This document shows, one piece after another, positions 1 through 11,729 of a DNA stretch of 64,000 nt. Source of the DNA: the human T2T-CHM13v2.0 reference genome, Homo sapiens; NCBI RefSeq assembly GCF_009914755.1, contig NC_060928.1. One strand, written 5' to 3'. The position numbers and the translations under genes were made by a program. Each line of letters starts with the position of its first letter. Position 1 is the first letter of the stretch. Under the pieces are notes generated by a model. It made no database searches and was not told where the DNA came from. It saw nothing but the letters and a program-made list of their open reading frames with translations.

Positions 1-1069
1 TGCATGATAAGCTCAGTCTGATGAGCTACATTGTTTCATGTTTATCTCAAATACCTACAGGGAAAGCAAACTGGTTTTACTGTATCGTTTTTAGTTCCCC
101 TCAGAAAGGAAAGACAAGGGTAGATTAAGTAAATAATTAATAGAAAAAAAGGGTTTTTTTTTCAGATAATGTAGGTGATGACTTATGTGAATGAGAATCA
201 CTTGCTTACTCCTGTACATGGACGTTATAAATCATTCACTTAATTTTCTTTTCCTGTTCAGGACAGCGCTAATTTAAACTATAAAAGCAGATTGCTCTGC
301 CTTTTGGAGGCCTCTGCTTTTGTACATGGCCTGATTTTCCCCCTTGCAGTGTTTTCTCTTTTATATCCAAACAAAGGAAATGGATATGGACTTTGGATGC
401 ACATTCATTCCAGATAACCGAGGGAGGATCTTACCATAGTGGCGAAGTCATAATAAACTCCTGGTTACATATCAAAATATTTATTACTGTTCGACTGGGA
501 TAAAGGTGTGGTAGCTTTATCACCCCATTACAGGTTTCCTGTGACTCTGGAAAAGGAAGCATTCTTCTGCATTTACTGTTTTCATTAACTTTCCCTGTTT
601 TTTTCTCCTTGTGTGTGTGTGTAGGGTATTTTTCCTCTGGAAATGAGCTGACTAGGCACGCTACTTCTACTTGAAAAAGACTGATGCTTGTCTTACACCA
701 TTTTGAGGTCACCACAGTACATGACTCAGAATCATTAGACAAATGTTGATTGAATATCTCCTACATTCCAAATACTGTGTTGAATGTGGTTAAAGCATTA
801 AATGTTAATGGAATATTTTGTACAGTCAAGAAGTGATTGCTGTCATAGAAGAGACACAACACACTGGTAGAACACAGCAATGAAATTTGACTTGTGATGT
901 ATGTCCAGAAAAAGATAGATAACACATTCTCTAAAAGTTTAGAAGAAATTTTTGTCCCTTGGATTGTAGTCTTGACTGATTAAGAAACAGAACAACTTAG
1001 TTGAATACTGAGCATTGATTCGCAATCTAATGGTGCCTGGGGATGCCACCTGTTTTCTCGCAATTAAAA

Positions 1070-2287
1070 TTTAAAAACAAAATTATACAAAGAGCAATTG
1101 GAGTTTAAAACAACTGTAAAGAAAACAATTAGAACAAAAATCCATTAAATTGAAAATAGTAAAACAAAGGGAAAATGAACATAATAAAAAACTGTTTTTA
1201 TCAAAAGACTAATAAACAATTTTGATTGAAGACACAGGTTACCAACATCAGAAATGAAAGAGGAGATGATCACCAATCATCCTGAGACATTAAAGGATAA
1301 AAACAGAATACTATTTGTAACTCTATGCCTACAAACTTGACAACTTTCATGAAATGGACCAATTCTATGAAAGGTACAAACTACCAAAATTCCCAAGGAG
1401 ATATAACTAATTTGAATAAACCTATTTATGTTAATAAAATTGAATTGATAATTAACAACCTTCCATAAAAAGAAAACACCAGGCTCAGATGCTTTTAAAT
1501 TGAACCAAATATTTCAATAAAATAATAAAATAAACTATACCAATCCTCTATAATTTTTCCAGAAAATTGAATTGGAGGGAAAACATTCTAAATCACTCAT
1601 TGTGTGAGGCCAGCATTACATTAGTACCAAAATCAGAAAGAAAATTACAAAAAAGAAAAACTATAGCCTAACATCTTTCATAAACATAACAGCAAAAATC
1701 CTGAAGAAGTATTAGTAACTAGCATCTAACAATATATAATAAAACTATACACCATGATGAAGTGAGCTTTAACCCAGGTAATGAAGACAGTTTCAACATT
1801 TGGAAATCAATCATTGCAGTTAACTTCTTCAACAAGCTAAAGAAGAAAAATAAGATGATCATATCAGTTGTCTCAGAAAATGCATTTGACGAAATGTAGC
1901 ACTCATTCATGATACAAACTCTTAGCAAATTAAAAATATAGGGGCACTTCCTTAACTTCATAAAGAACATCTACAAAAGTTCTTTGTCTAATATGTATTC
2001 AATGGTGAGAAACTTAATTGTTTCTCCCAAGACTGGGTATAAGGTAAGAATGTCTTCTCTCTTTACACCTATTCAACACTGCGCTAGAAGTCCTAGCTAG
2101 TGCAATGAAATAAGAAATGGTAAGTAAAGTACACAGATTTAAAAGGAAGAAACAAAAAGAAATCTTTATTCACACATGACATGATTGTCTACGTAGGGAA
2201 TTAGGAAAAGTGGACAAAAGCACTCCTTGTAACTAATAGACAAATATAGCAATCTCACAGAATATAAGGTTAATATAGAACATTCAA
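1070..2287 (+). mobile_element. Old L1 (L1M) ORF2-region fragment
   Basis: A-rich decayed ORF2 motifs: 'ctctatgcctacaaacttgacaac', 'tgaggccagcattac', 'gaaaatgcatttgacgaaat', 'ctagaagtcctagc'. Confidence 0.85.
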
Positions 2288-2444
2288 GCCATCTTTTTGC
2301 TTCCATCCTTGCCATGTGACATACTGTTTCCCTTTCACCTTCTGCCATGATTGAAAGCTTCCCAAGTCCCTCAACAGAAGTAGATGCTGGCACCATACTT
2401 CCTGTACAGCCTGTAAAACCATGAGTCAATTAAACCTCTTTTCT
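2288..2444 (+). mobile_element. MST (MaLR) LTR fragment inside the L1
   Basis: 'ccttctgccatgattgaaagcttccc...gatgctggcaccatacttcctgtacagcctg...caattaaacctcttttct'; both LTR termini are absent. Confidence 0.8.
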
Positions 2445-2462
2445 GTCTATGTATATTCTCTC

Positions 2463-2519
<57 letters not shown>

Positions 2520-2582
2520 CTATGTTCCTTCTATATGTATTTGTGTATATATTCTTTATATATATTTATATACAAATATATA
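2445..2582. repeat. (TA)n microsatellite and AT-rich tract
   Basis: Pure TA run ~2469-2516 with degenerate flanks. Confidence 0.95.
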
Positions 2583-2589
2583 ATTCAAT

Positions 2590-3310
2590 CAATTGCCTAC
2601 ATATCAAAGAATTATTTAGAAATCAAATTAAATTTGAACTTTACTTTAAAGAAACCAATAGCAATGTTACATCTGGAGCAATTTGAACAACAAAATAAAG
2701 TAATATTAAATTATAGCTCAAAGTATAAAATAAATATCTTTGAGTCCAACTGATATAAATGTGACTGACTAAATAAATAGAGAGGGGACAAATGTCTCAT
2801 GCAGAAGAATTCCAAATAATTTTTGTAACTATTTTATTCTTAGGAAGGGGAGCATAACTCCTCATTCCTTAAGTGTAGATCCCTCATAATCACTTCCTTC
2901 CAAAGGGTATACCATGGAAAGGGAATAAAAATGTAACTTTACAGTGGAGAAATCTGACAAATGCCATTTCAGCCAGGTGATCAAAGTCAACATCAACAGT
3001 GATAAGTCTTGCTGGAGTCTGAGAAAGTGTTACAGCCAGGAAGAGCCTTAGAAGATTAAATATGATAAGGCATCCTGAAACAGAAAAAAACAGGCCTTAA
3101 ATAAAAAGTAGGAAAATCTGATTAAAGTGTGGACTTTAGAAAATAATAATGTATCAATATTAGTTTATCAGTTGTGACTAATTCCCATGCAAAGGTAACA
3201 CAGTAACAATAGGAAAACTACGTGGAAAGAGTAGATAGAAAGAAACTCTCTGTATTATATTCCCAATTTTTCTGTAAATGTAAAGTTGGTCTAAATATAA
3301 AGTATAATTT
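2590..3310 (+). mobile_element. L1MC-like 3' end
   Basis: 'gaagaattccaaataat', 'gtaactttacagtggagaaatctgacaaa', 'ctgtaaatgtaaagttggtctaaa'. Confidence 0.75.
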
Positions 3311-3429
3311 GAATACATATGGGATGTTTCTGAGACATAATCACAGCTTAATGCTGCAAATAAGGATTTGAAAGAATGCTACATTTTGCAGTAAAAATAG
3401 TCCAATTTTTTTTCCTGTTTTGTTCTGTA

Positions 3430-3560
3430 GAAGCCTGATGACCTTGACAAAGTCATTTAACATTTCAAATATCACTTTCCTCATCTCAGAAATAACTACA
3501 GCCTTTCTTCCCCTGCTTCATAGGATTGTTGTGAGGATTAAGTTATTCAATACATGGGAA
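3430..3560 (+). mobile_element. MIR
   Basis: Core 'tgaccttgacaaagtcatttaac...tttcctcatctc...ggattgttgtgaggattaa'. Confidence 0.7.
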
Positions 3561-3589
3561 AAAAGATAGATATTGTCATGTGCAGACAG

Positions 3590-3801
3590 GGAGATATGAC
3601 AGAATACAAAACATTCAAGGAGAATTAAGAGATAAGGACATAACAGAAGCACAAAAGAATTAATGTGAATTAAGTAGAGAGACATTCTAGTCCTAAAAGG
3701 AAAACAGAAAGAAACTCCCAAGCTACTGTTTATATTTAAAAATTATTGAACGGCTTGGTGACTGAGCTTGTTCTAATTTAACTTCTACTCCAGACCACCT
3801 T
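3590..3801 (+). repeat. 212-bp direct duplication, copy A (partner 10946-11157)
   Basis: Gap-free hand alignment with 10 mismatches. Confidence 0.95.
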
Positions 3802-3900
3802 TTTTGTGACCTTCAACAAATCACTTGTCTTCTTTTATTTTGCTTTTCTCATCTGTAAATGAGACATCATCATATTTTCTCCCTAAGTTTGTTGTCAAAA
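3802..3900 (+). mobile_element. MIR
   Basis: 'gtgaccttcaacaaatcactt...ttctcatctgtaaatgaga'. Confidence 0.65.
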
Positions 3901-4680
3901 AGCCAGTCACATAGCATTTAGGTAGCAATGGTAGATCTTGATTCAACAGTAAAATCTGTCCCCACCCATCTTATAAAAATTTTCTTATTAACCCAAGCCT
4001 CTTAATTCCTAATGAATCATGCTAATTTCCTCAAGGTTATCACTGCTGTACTTCAGTTGGCTGATGTTTATGGATGACTAAAGACTTTGCTGATAACTGT
4101 GAAAAACTGTAACAATTATCTTTGACCCATAAACTTAAACAAAACTGCATACTTTATTCCATTTAATCAAAATATCTACTTTTTCCAGGTGAATTAATAA
4201 GTTTTAAACACCTATGACAATAAGATGCTTTTACAACATTTTGCTTAATGAAATCAATCCTGTAATATTCTCCCATTTCTCTGGTAAATAAAACTCTATT
4301 CGTCCTTCCAGTTTGAGCTTAAATATCTTGTTCATGAAATATTTTTCAAGTACCCCAGTAAACTGACTTCCTTATTCACTGCCTGTTGCAATCACATTTA
4401 AATTTCTAACACATTGCTCTAAGCTGCCATGCATTATCTGTATTCTCCCCACTAGGTGGCAATTCAATAGCAGGGTGTGTTAGAACTATTTCTATGCTCT
4501 CCTTAGCCTCATCTTCCCACACAAACTATGCCTACCACTATGTTTTCCACATATGGGGTGTTTTGTTTGTGGCCTTAGTGCTTGTTGAATTTCATTAATG
4601 TCATCTCTCCCTGCTAGACTGTGAGTCCCCTAAAGAACTCACAATGGCAGAAATTATACTTTTATTTATGTGTTAATTTG

Positions 4681-5142
4681 TGTCAGGCCTCTGAGCCTAA
4701 GCTAAGCCTTCATATCCCCTGTGACCTGCATGTACACATCCAGATGGCCGGTTCCTGCCTTAACTGATGACATTCCACCACAAAAGAAGTGAAAATGGCC
4801 TGTTCCTGCCTTAACTGATGACATTCCACCACAAAAGAAGTGAAAATGGCCTGTTCCTGCCTTAACTGATGACATTATCTTGTGAAATTCCTTCTCCAGG
4901 CTCATCCTGGCTCAAAAGCTCCCCTACTGAGCACCTTGTGACCCCGACTCTGCCCGCCAGAGAGCAAACCCCCTTTGACTGCAATTCTCCTTTATCTACC
5001 CAAATCCTATAAAACGGCCCCATCCTTATCTCCCTTCGCTGACTCTCTTTTCGGACTCAGCCTGCCTGCACCCAGGTGATTAAAAGTTTTATTGCTCACA
5101 CAAAGCCTGTTTGGTAGTCTCTTCACACTGACGCGCATGAAA
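4681..5142 (+). promoter_or_regulatory. 5' LTR7 (462 bp, LTR7up-like) promoter/enhancer
   Basis: TATAAAA 5008-5014, ATTAAA 5079-5084, 51-bp repeat starting at 4744/4795/4846, ACAAAAGA at 4780-4787 and 4831-4838. Confidence 0.95.
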
Positions 5143-5144
5143 TT

Positions 5145-5162
5145 TGGTGCCGTGACTCGGAT
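5145..5162 (+). other. Primer binding site for tRNA-His
   Basis: TGGTGCCGTGACTCGGAT, the 18-nt complement of the tRNA-His 3' end, 2 nt after the LTR. Confidence 0.97.
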
Positions 5163-5949
5163 CGGGGGACCTCCCTTGGGAGATCAATCCCCTGTGCTCC
5201 TGCTCTTTGCTCCATGAGAAAGATCCACCTACAACCTCAGGTCCTCAGATTGACCAGCCCAAGAAACGTCTCACCAATTTCAAATCCTGTAAGCGGCCTC
5301 TTTTTACTCTCTTCTCCAACCTCCCTCACTATCCCTCAACCTCTTTCTCCTTTCAATCTTGGAGCCACACTTCAATCTCTCCCTTCTCTTCATTTCAATT
5401 CCTTTCATTTTCTAGTAGAGACAAAGGAGACACGTTTTATCCGTGGACCCAAAACTCCGGCACCGGTCACGGACTGGGAAGGCAGCCTACCCTTGATGTT
5501 TAATCATTGCAGGGATGCCTCTCTGATTATTCACCCACATTTCAGAGGTGTCAGACCACGCAGGGACCGCCTGCCTTGGTCATTCACCCTTAGTGGCAAG
5601 TCCTGCTTTTCTGGAGGAGGGGCAAGTACCCCAACCCCTTCTCTCCATGTCTCTACCCCTTCTCTGCTTTTCTGAAGGACAGGCAAGAACCCCTCAACCC
5701 CTTCTCCTTCACCCTTAGCAGCAAGTCCCGCTTTTCTAGGGGGCAAGAATCCCCAATCCCTTATTTCCATGCCCTGAACTCTTATCTCTGTGCCTCTACC
5801 CCTTATTTCCGTGCCCCAACCCCTTTCCTGCTTTTCTGGATGGTAAGAACCCCCGAACCCCTTCCCTCTGTGTCTCTACTCTCTCTTTTCTCTGGGCTTC
5901 CCTCCTTCACTATAGGCAACCTTCCACCCTCCATTCCTCCTTCTTCTCC

Positions 5950-7149
5950 CTTAGCCTGTGCTCTCGAGAACTTAAAACCTCTTCAACTCACACCTGACAT
6001 AAAATCTAAATGCCTTATTTTCTTCTGCAATGCTGCTTGACACGAATACAAACTTGACAGTGGTTCCAAATAGCCAGAAAACGGCACTTTCAATTTTTCC
6101 ATCCTGCAAGATCTAAATAACTCTTGTTGTAAAATAGGCAAACAGTCTGAGGTGCCTGACCTCCAGGCATTCTTTTACACATCAGTCCCTCCCTAGTCTC
6201 TGTGCCCAGTGCAACTCATCCCATATCTTCCTTCTTTCCCTCCCACCTGTCCCCTCAGTCCCAACCCCAAGTGTCAATGAGTCTTTCTAATCTTCCTTTT
6301 CTATAGACTCATCTGACCTCTCCCCTCCTCGCCCGGCCGAGCTAGGTCCCAATTCTTCCTCAGCCTCCGCTCCTCCACCCTATAATCCTTTTATCACCTC
6401 CCCTCCTCACACCCAGTCAGGCTTACAGTTTCATTCCGCGACTAGCCCTCCCCCACATGCCCAGCAATTTGCTCTTAAAAAGGTGGCTGGAGCTAAAGGC
6501 ATAGTCAAAGTTAATGCTCCTTTTTCTTTATCCCAAATCAGATAGCGTTCAGCCTCTTTTTCATCAAATATAAAAATCCAGCCCAGTTCATGGCTCATTT
6601 GGCAGCAACCCTGAGATGCTTTACAGCCCTAGACCCTAAAAGGTCAAAAGGCCGTCTTATTCTCAATATACATTATATTACCCAATCTGCTCTCGACATT
6701 AAATAAAACTCCAAAAATTAAATTCCAGCCCTCAAACCCCACAACAGGACTTAATTAACCTCGCCTTCAAGGTGTACAATAATAGAGTAGAGGCAGCCAA
6801 GTAACAGTGTATTTCTGAGTTGCAATTCCTTGCCTCCACTGTGAGACAAACCCCAGCCACATCTCCAGCACACAAGAACTTCCAAACACCTGAACCGCAG
6901 CAGCCAGGCGTCCCTCCAGAGCCGCCTCCCCCAGGAGCTTGCTACAAGTGCCAGAAATCTGGCCACCAGGCCAAGGAATGCCTGCAGCCCAGGATTCCTC
7001 CTAAGCCTCCTCTCGTCTGTGCAGGACCCCACTGAAAATCACACTGTTCAACTCACCTGGCAGCCATTCCCAGAGCCCCTGGAACTCTGGCCCGAGGCTC
7101 TTTGACTGACTCCTTCCCAGATCATCTCAGCTTAGCAGCTGAAGACTGA
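5950..7149 (+). pseudogene. gag: HERV-H gag remnant
   Basis: CCHC knuckle CYKCQKSGHQAKEC at 6940-6981; ends ...LAAED* at 7149; multiple stops and frameshifts; start approximate. Confidence 0.88.
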
Positions 7150-9380
7150 TGCTGCCCCATCGCTTCGGAAGCCCCGTAGACCATCAAGGATGCCGAGCTT
7201 TAAGTAACTCTCACAGTGGAGGGTAAGTCCATCCCCTTCTTAATCAATACGGAGGCTGCCCACTCCACATTACCTTCTTTTCAAGGACCTGTTTCCCTTG
7301 CCTCCATAACTGTTGTTAAGTATTGACGGCCAAGCTTCTAAACCTCTTAAAGCTCCCCAACTCTGGTGCCAACTTAGACAATACTCTTCTAAGCACTCCT
7401 TTTTAGTTATCCCTACCTGCCCAGTTCCCTTATTAGGCTGAGACACTTTAACTAAATTATGTGCTTCCCTGACTATTCCTGGGCTACAGCCGCACTGCAT
7501 TGCCACCTTTTCCCCCAGTTCAAAGCCTCCTTCACATCCTCCCCTTGTATCTCCCCACCTTAACCCACAAGTATAAGATATCTCTACTCCCTCCTTAGCA
7601 ACCGATCTTGCACCCCTTACCATCCCATTAAAACCTAATCACTCTTACCCCACTCAATGCCAATATCCTATCCTACAGCATGCTTTAAAAGGATTAAAGC
7701 CTGTTATCACTCACCTGCTACAGCACAGGCTTCTAAAACCTATAAACTCTCCTTACAATTCCCCCATTTTACTTGTCCTAAAACCAGACAAGACTTACAG
7801 GTTAGTTCAGGATCTGCGCTTTATCAATCAAATTGTTTTGCCTATCCACCCCACGGTGTCAAACCCATATACTCTCCTATCCTCAATACCTCCTTCTACA
7901 ACCCATTATTCCATTCTAGATCTCAAACATGCTTTCTTTACTATTCCTTTGCACCCTTCATCCCAGCCTCTCTTTGCTTTCACTTGGACTGACCCTGACA
8001 CCCATTAAGCTCAGCAAATTACCTGGGCTATAAAGCCGCAAAGCTTCACAGACAGCCCCCGTTACTTCAGTCAAGCCCAAATTTCATCCTCATCTGTTAC
8101 CTATCTTGGCATAATTCTCATAAAAGCACACGTGCTCTCCCTGCTGATTGTGTCCAATTAATCTCCCAAACCTGAATCCCTTACAAAACAATGACTCCTT
8201 TCCTTCCTAGGCATGGTTAGCGTGGTCAGAATTCTTACACAAGAGCCAGGACTGCACCCTGTAGCCTTTCTGTCCAAACAACTTGACCTCACTGTTTTAG
8301 CCTAGCCCTCATGTCTGTGTGCAGCAGCTGCCGCTGTTTTAATACTTTTAGAGGCCCTAAAAATCACAAGCTATGCTCAACTCACTCTCTACATTTCTCA
8401 TAACTTCCAAAATCTATTTTCTTCCTCATACCTGATGCATATACTTTCTGCTCCCTGGCTCTTTCAGCTGTACTCACTCTTTGTTGAGTCTCCCACAATT
8501 ACCATTGTTCTTGGCCTGGACTTCAATCCAGCCTCCCACATTATTCCTGATACCACACCTGACCCCCATGACTGTATCTCTCTGATCCATCTGACATTCA
8601 CCCCATTTACCCATATTTCCTTCTTTCCTGTTCCTCACCCTGATCACGCTTAATTTATTGATGGCAGTTCCACTAGGCCTAATTGCCACACACCATCAAA
8701 GGCAGGCTATGCTATAGTACAAGCCACTAGCCCGCCTCTTAGAACCTCTCATCTCCTTTTCATTGTGGAAATCTATCCTCAAGGAAATAACTTCTCAGTG
8801 TTCCATCTGCTATTCTACTACTCCTCAGGGATTATTCAGGCCCTCTCCCTTCCCTACACATCAAGCTCGAGGATTTGCCCTGACCCAGGACTGGCAAATT
8901 AGCTTTACTCAACATGCCATGAGTCAGATAACTAAAATACCTCTTATTCTAAGTAGACACTTTCACTGGATAGGTAGAGGCCTTTCCTACAGGGTCTGAG
9001 AAGGCCACCGCAGTCATTTCTTCCCTTCTGTCAGACATAATTCCTCAATTTAGCCTTCCCACCTCTATACAGTCTAATAACAGACCAGCCTTTATTAGTC
9101 AAATCAGCCAAGCAGTTTTTCAGGCTCTTAGTATTCAGTGGAACCTTTATATCCCTTACAGTCCTCAGTCTTCAGGAAAGGTAGAACAGACTAATAGTCT
9201 TTTAAAAACACACCTCACGAAGCTCAGTCACCGACTTAAAAAGGACTGGACAATACTTTTACCACTTTCGCTTCTCAGAATTCAGGCCTGTCCTCAGAAT
9301 GCTACAAGGTACAGCCCATTTAAGCTCCTGTATAGACGCTCCTTTTTATTAGGCCCTAGTCTCATTCCAGACACCAGACC
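7150..9380 (+). pseudogene. pol: HERV-H pro-pol remnant with internal deletions
   Basis: Protease FLINTEA (DTGA lost) ~7238; RT SPYNSPIL, YRLVQDLR, LDLKHAFF (7916); YXDD absent at the FSQA/QISSS junction ~8075; RNase H FIDGSS (8654); integrase PQSSGKVE (9163). Confidence 0.92.
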
Positions 9381-9976
9381 AACTTAGACTGTGCCCCCCC
9401 AAAATCTTGTCATCCCTACTATCTTCTGTCTAGTCATACTCCTATTCACTGTTCTCAACTACTCATACATGCCCTGATCTTGTTTACACTGCCGGTTTAT
9501 ACTGTTTCTCCAAGCCTTCACAGCTGATATCTCCTGGTGCTATCCCCAAACTGCTGCTCTAAACTCTTGAAGTAAATAAATAATCTTTGCTGGCAGGACT
9601 ATGCTGAATCTCCTTAGGCACTCTCTAATCAGATGTCCTAGGTCCTCCCAATTCTTAGACCTTTTATACCTGTTTTTCTCCTTCTCTTATTCCATTTAGT
9701 TTTTCAATTCATACAAAACCATATCCAGGCCATCACCAATAATTCTACACAACAAATGTTTCTTCTAACAACCCCACAGTATCACCCCTTACCACAAAAT
9801 CTTCCTTCAGCTTAATCTCTCCCACTCTAGGTTCCCATGCCGCCCCTCATCCCACTCGAAGCAGCCCTGAGAAACATCGCCCATTATCTCTCCATACCAC
9901 CCCCAAAAATTTTCACCGTCCCAACACTTTACCACTATTTCATTTTATTTTTCTTATTAATATAAGAAGACAGGAA
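9381..9976 (+). pseudogene. Residual env/3' region and polypurine tract
   Basis: Only ~0.6 kb between integrase and LTR, so env is mostly deleted; PPT AAGAAGACAGGAA at 9964-9976. Confidence 0.75.
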
Positions 9977-10337
9977 TATCAGGCCTCTGAGCCCAAGCTA
10001 AGCCATCATAACCCCTGTGACCTGCATGTGCGCAACCAGATGGCCTGTTCCTGCCTTAACTGATGACATTGTCTTGTGAAATTCCTTCTCCTGGCTTATC
10101 CTGGCTCAAAAGCTCCCCTACTGAGCACCTTGTGATTCCCCACTCTGCCCGCCAGAGAGCAACCCCCCTTTGATTGTAATTTTCCTTTATCTACCCAAAT
10201 CCTATAAAATGGCCCCACCCTTATCTCCATTTGCTGACTCTCTTTTCGGACTCAGCCTGCCTGCCCCCAGGTGATTAAAAGCTTTATTGCTCACACAAAG
10301 CCTATTTGGTAGTCTCTTCATAGGGATGTGCATGAAA
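9977..10337 (+). promoter_or_regulatory. 3' LTR7 (361 bp) with poly(A) signal
   Basis: Starts TATCAGGCC (TG>TA); single U3 repeat core; ATTAAA 10274-10279; ends CATGAAA. Confidence 0.95.
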
Positions 10338-10945
10338 TTTGTTTGTGTGTTTGTTTTTGTTTATTCATTAATAATCCATCAATCTATATCAAGGACATAT
10401 AAGGAGATAGAAAAGAGAGAGGAGAGTGAAGAAGAGGAGACTAGAAGCAACAAGAAGCACTTGCACTGGAAATAATCCCTCTTCTGCAACAGGCATAGCA
10501 TTGAGGTATCGAGGACTAAATAAAGGGATCTGTTTTGATCTTCAGTAGGAATGAGATTGGAAACACTGACTTTCTAAATGTGAAGCTATAGTGGGAGAAT
10601 TAACAGAAGAACCAACATTTGAGGAACAAGTCAAATAATCAGGGCTGACTTTCACAATGACTGGAGAAGCAAACCTGTCATAAGAAGGGCAAACACACAA
10701 AACCAAGCTAGAATCTCAAAAAGCCAGGGACAAGTGAATATTCTGAACAGGTCATGGCACAGGGCCTGTGACAACCCTGAGCTAGTCTAAACAGCCTTGC
10801 ACTTATTATCACTCGTGAAGCCTAGGACAGGACACCTTAAATTAGGTGGTACTAGGTGGGAAATAACAGTGATATTGACAAGACAGAATGTCAAGATCTA
10901 AGTGAATAGGAAGTATATGGAGTAGTGGTTACAGTGATTAGGGTT

Positions 10946-11157
10946 GGAGATATGACAGAATACAAAACATTCAAGGAGAATTAAGAGATAAGGACATAAC
11001 AGAAGCACAAAAGAATTCATGTGAGTTAAGTAGGGAGGCATTCTAGTCCTAAAAGGAAAACAGAAAGAAACTCCAAAGCTACTGGTTATATTTAAAAATT
11101 ATTTAACAGCTTGGTGAGTGAGCTTGTTCTAATTTAGCTTCTACTCCAGACCACCTT
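10946..11157 (+). repeat. 212-bp direct duplication, copy B
   Basis: ~95% identical to 3590-3801. Confidence 0.95.
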
Positions 11158-11662
11158 CGGTGGAGGGCGGTGGGCAGCATAATGCCATATACCTACGTCA
11201 TAGCCACTAGAAGATTATAATAAACTTAACCTTCAAACAACTGATAATTAACTTTGAAGTGATGTACCAAAGGCAATATATGTTTCACAGACTGAGAAAG
11301 AGTGGCTAAGTACGTATGCCTCCTGTATCAAGATGAAGTAACTACCCTTCTCATCAGATCTGGAGAGGTCTCCAAGCTGTATCTGCCACCTTCTAGAGGG
11401 ATCTAAAATAAAATTAGCATTCTAAACCAAAGTAGGAGAGTCAAGGACAGTTAAGAAGCCAAACAATTCACAGGACCCAAATGTTAGGTTGTGCTGTTCT
11501 GAATTCTCTTCAAGGACGAATGAGGGCTTGTATAGAAACTAGATGGCCCTGAGGTGAAGTTTATCCACACCCTCAGATGCAGGTGACTGGAAAACAGAAG
11601 CTGAAAGATGGAAATGTGGCCATGTCCCCTCAGTGTTTTTGAGATAAATGTATTTTATCATC

Positions 11663-11729
11663 TAACTCATTTAACTCATTTATTTCATAGAATACTCATC
11701 TAACTCATTTATTTCATAGAATACTCATT
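11663..11729 (+). repeat. 29-bp tandem duplication
   Basis: taactcatttatttcatagaatactcat at 11672 and 11701, plus a partial taactcatt before it. Confidence 0.9.

Larger units (their letters stand above)
4681..10337 (+). mobile_element. HERV-H provirus (common internally deleted ~5.7-kb form) with two LTR7s
   Basis: LTR7 termini TGTCAGGCCTCTGAGCC...CATGAAA, tRNA-His PBS, gag zinc knuckle, pro/pol remnants, PPT; flanking direct repeat (A)ATTTG at 4675-4680 and 10336-10341 (4-6 bp depending on LTR end). Confidence 0.98.

Noticed and set aside
431-742. 103-aa ORF, and similarly 20074-20502 and 33330-33722
   Set aside because: No domain similarity or exon structure; 33330-33722 lies in purine-rich L2-like sequence
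4702-4905. ORF with repeated peptide MSSVKAGTGHFHFFCGG; CRISPR-like repeat-spacer appearance
   Set aside because: Antisense reading of the 51-bp LTR7 tandem repeat; the spacers are identical and the DNA is primate
5207-5770. Overlapping 80-150-aa ORFs
   Set aside because: HERV-H leader sequence, C-rich and stop-poor; no recognisable domain
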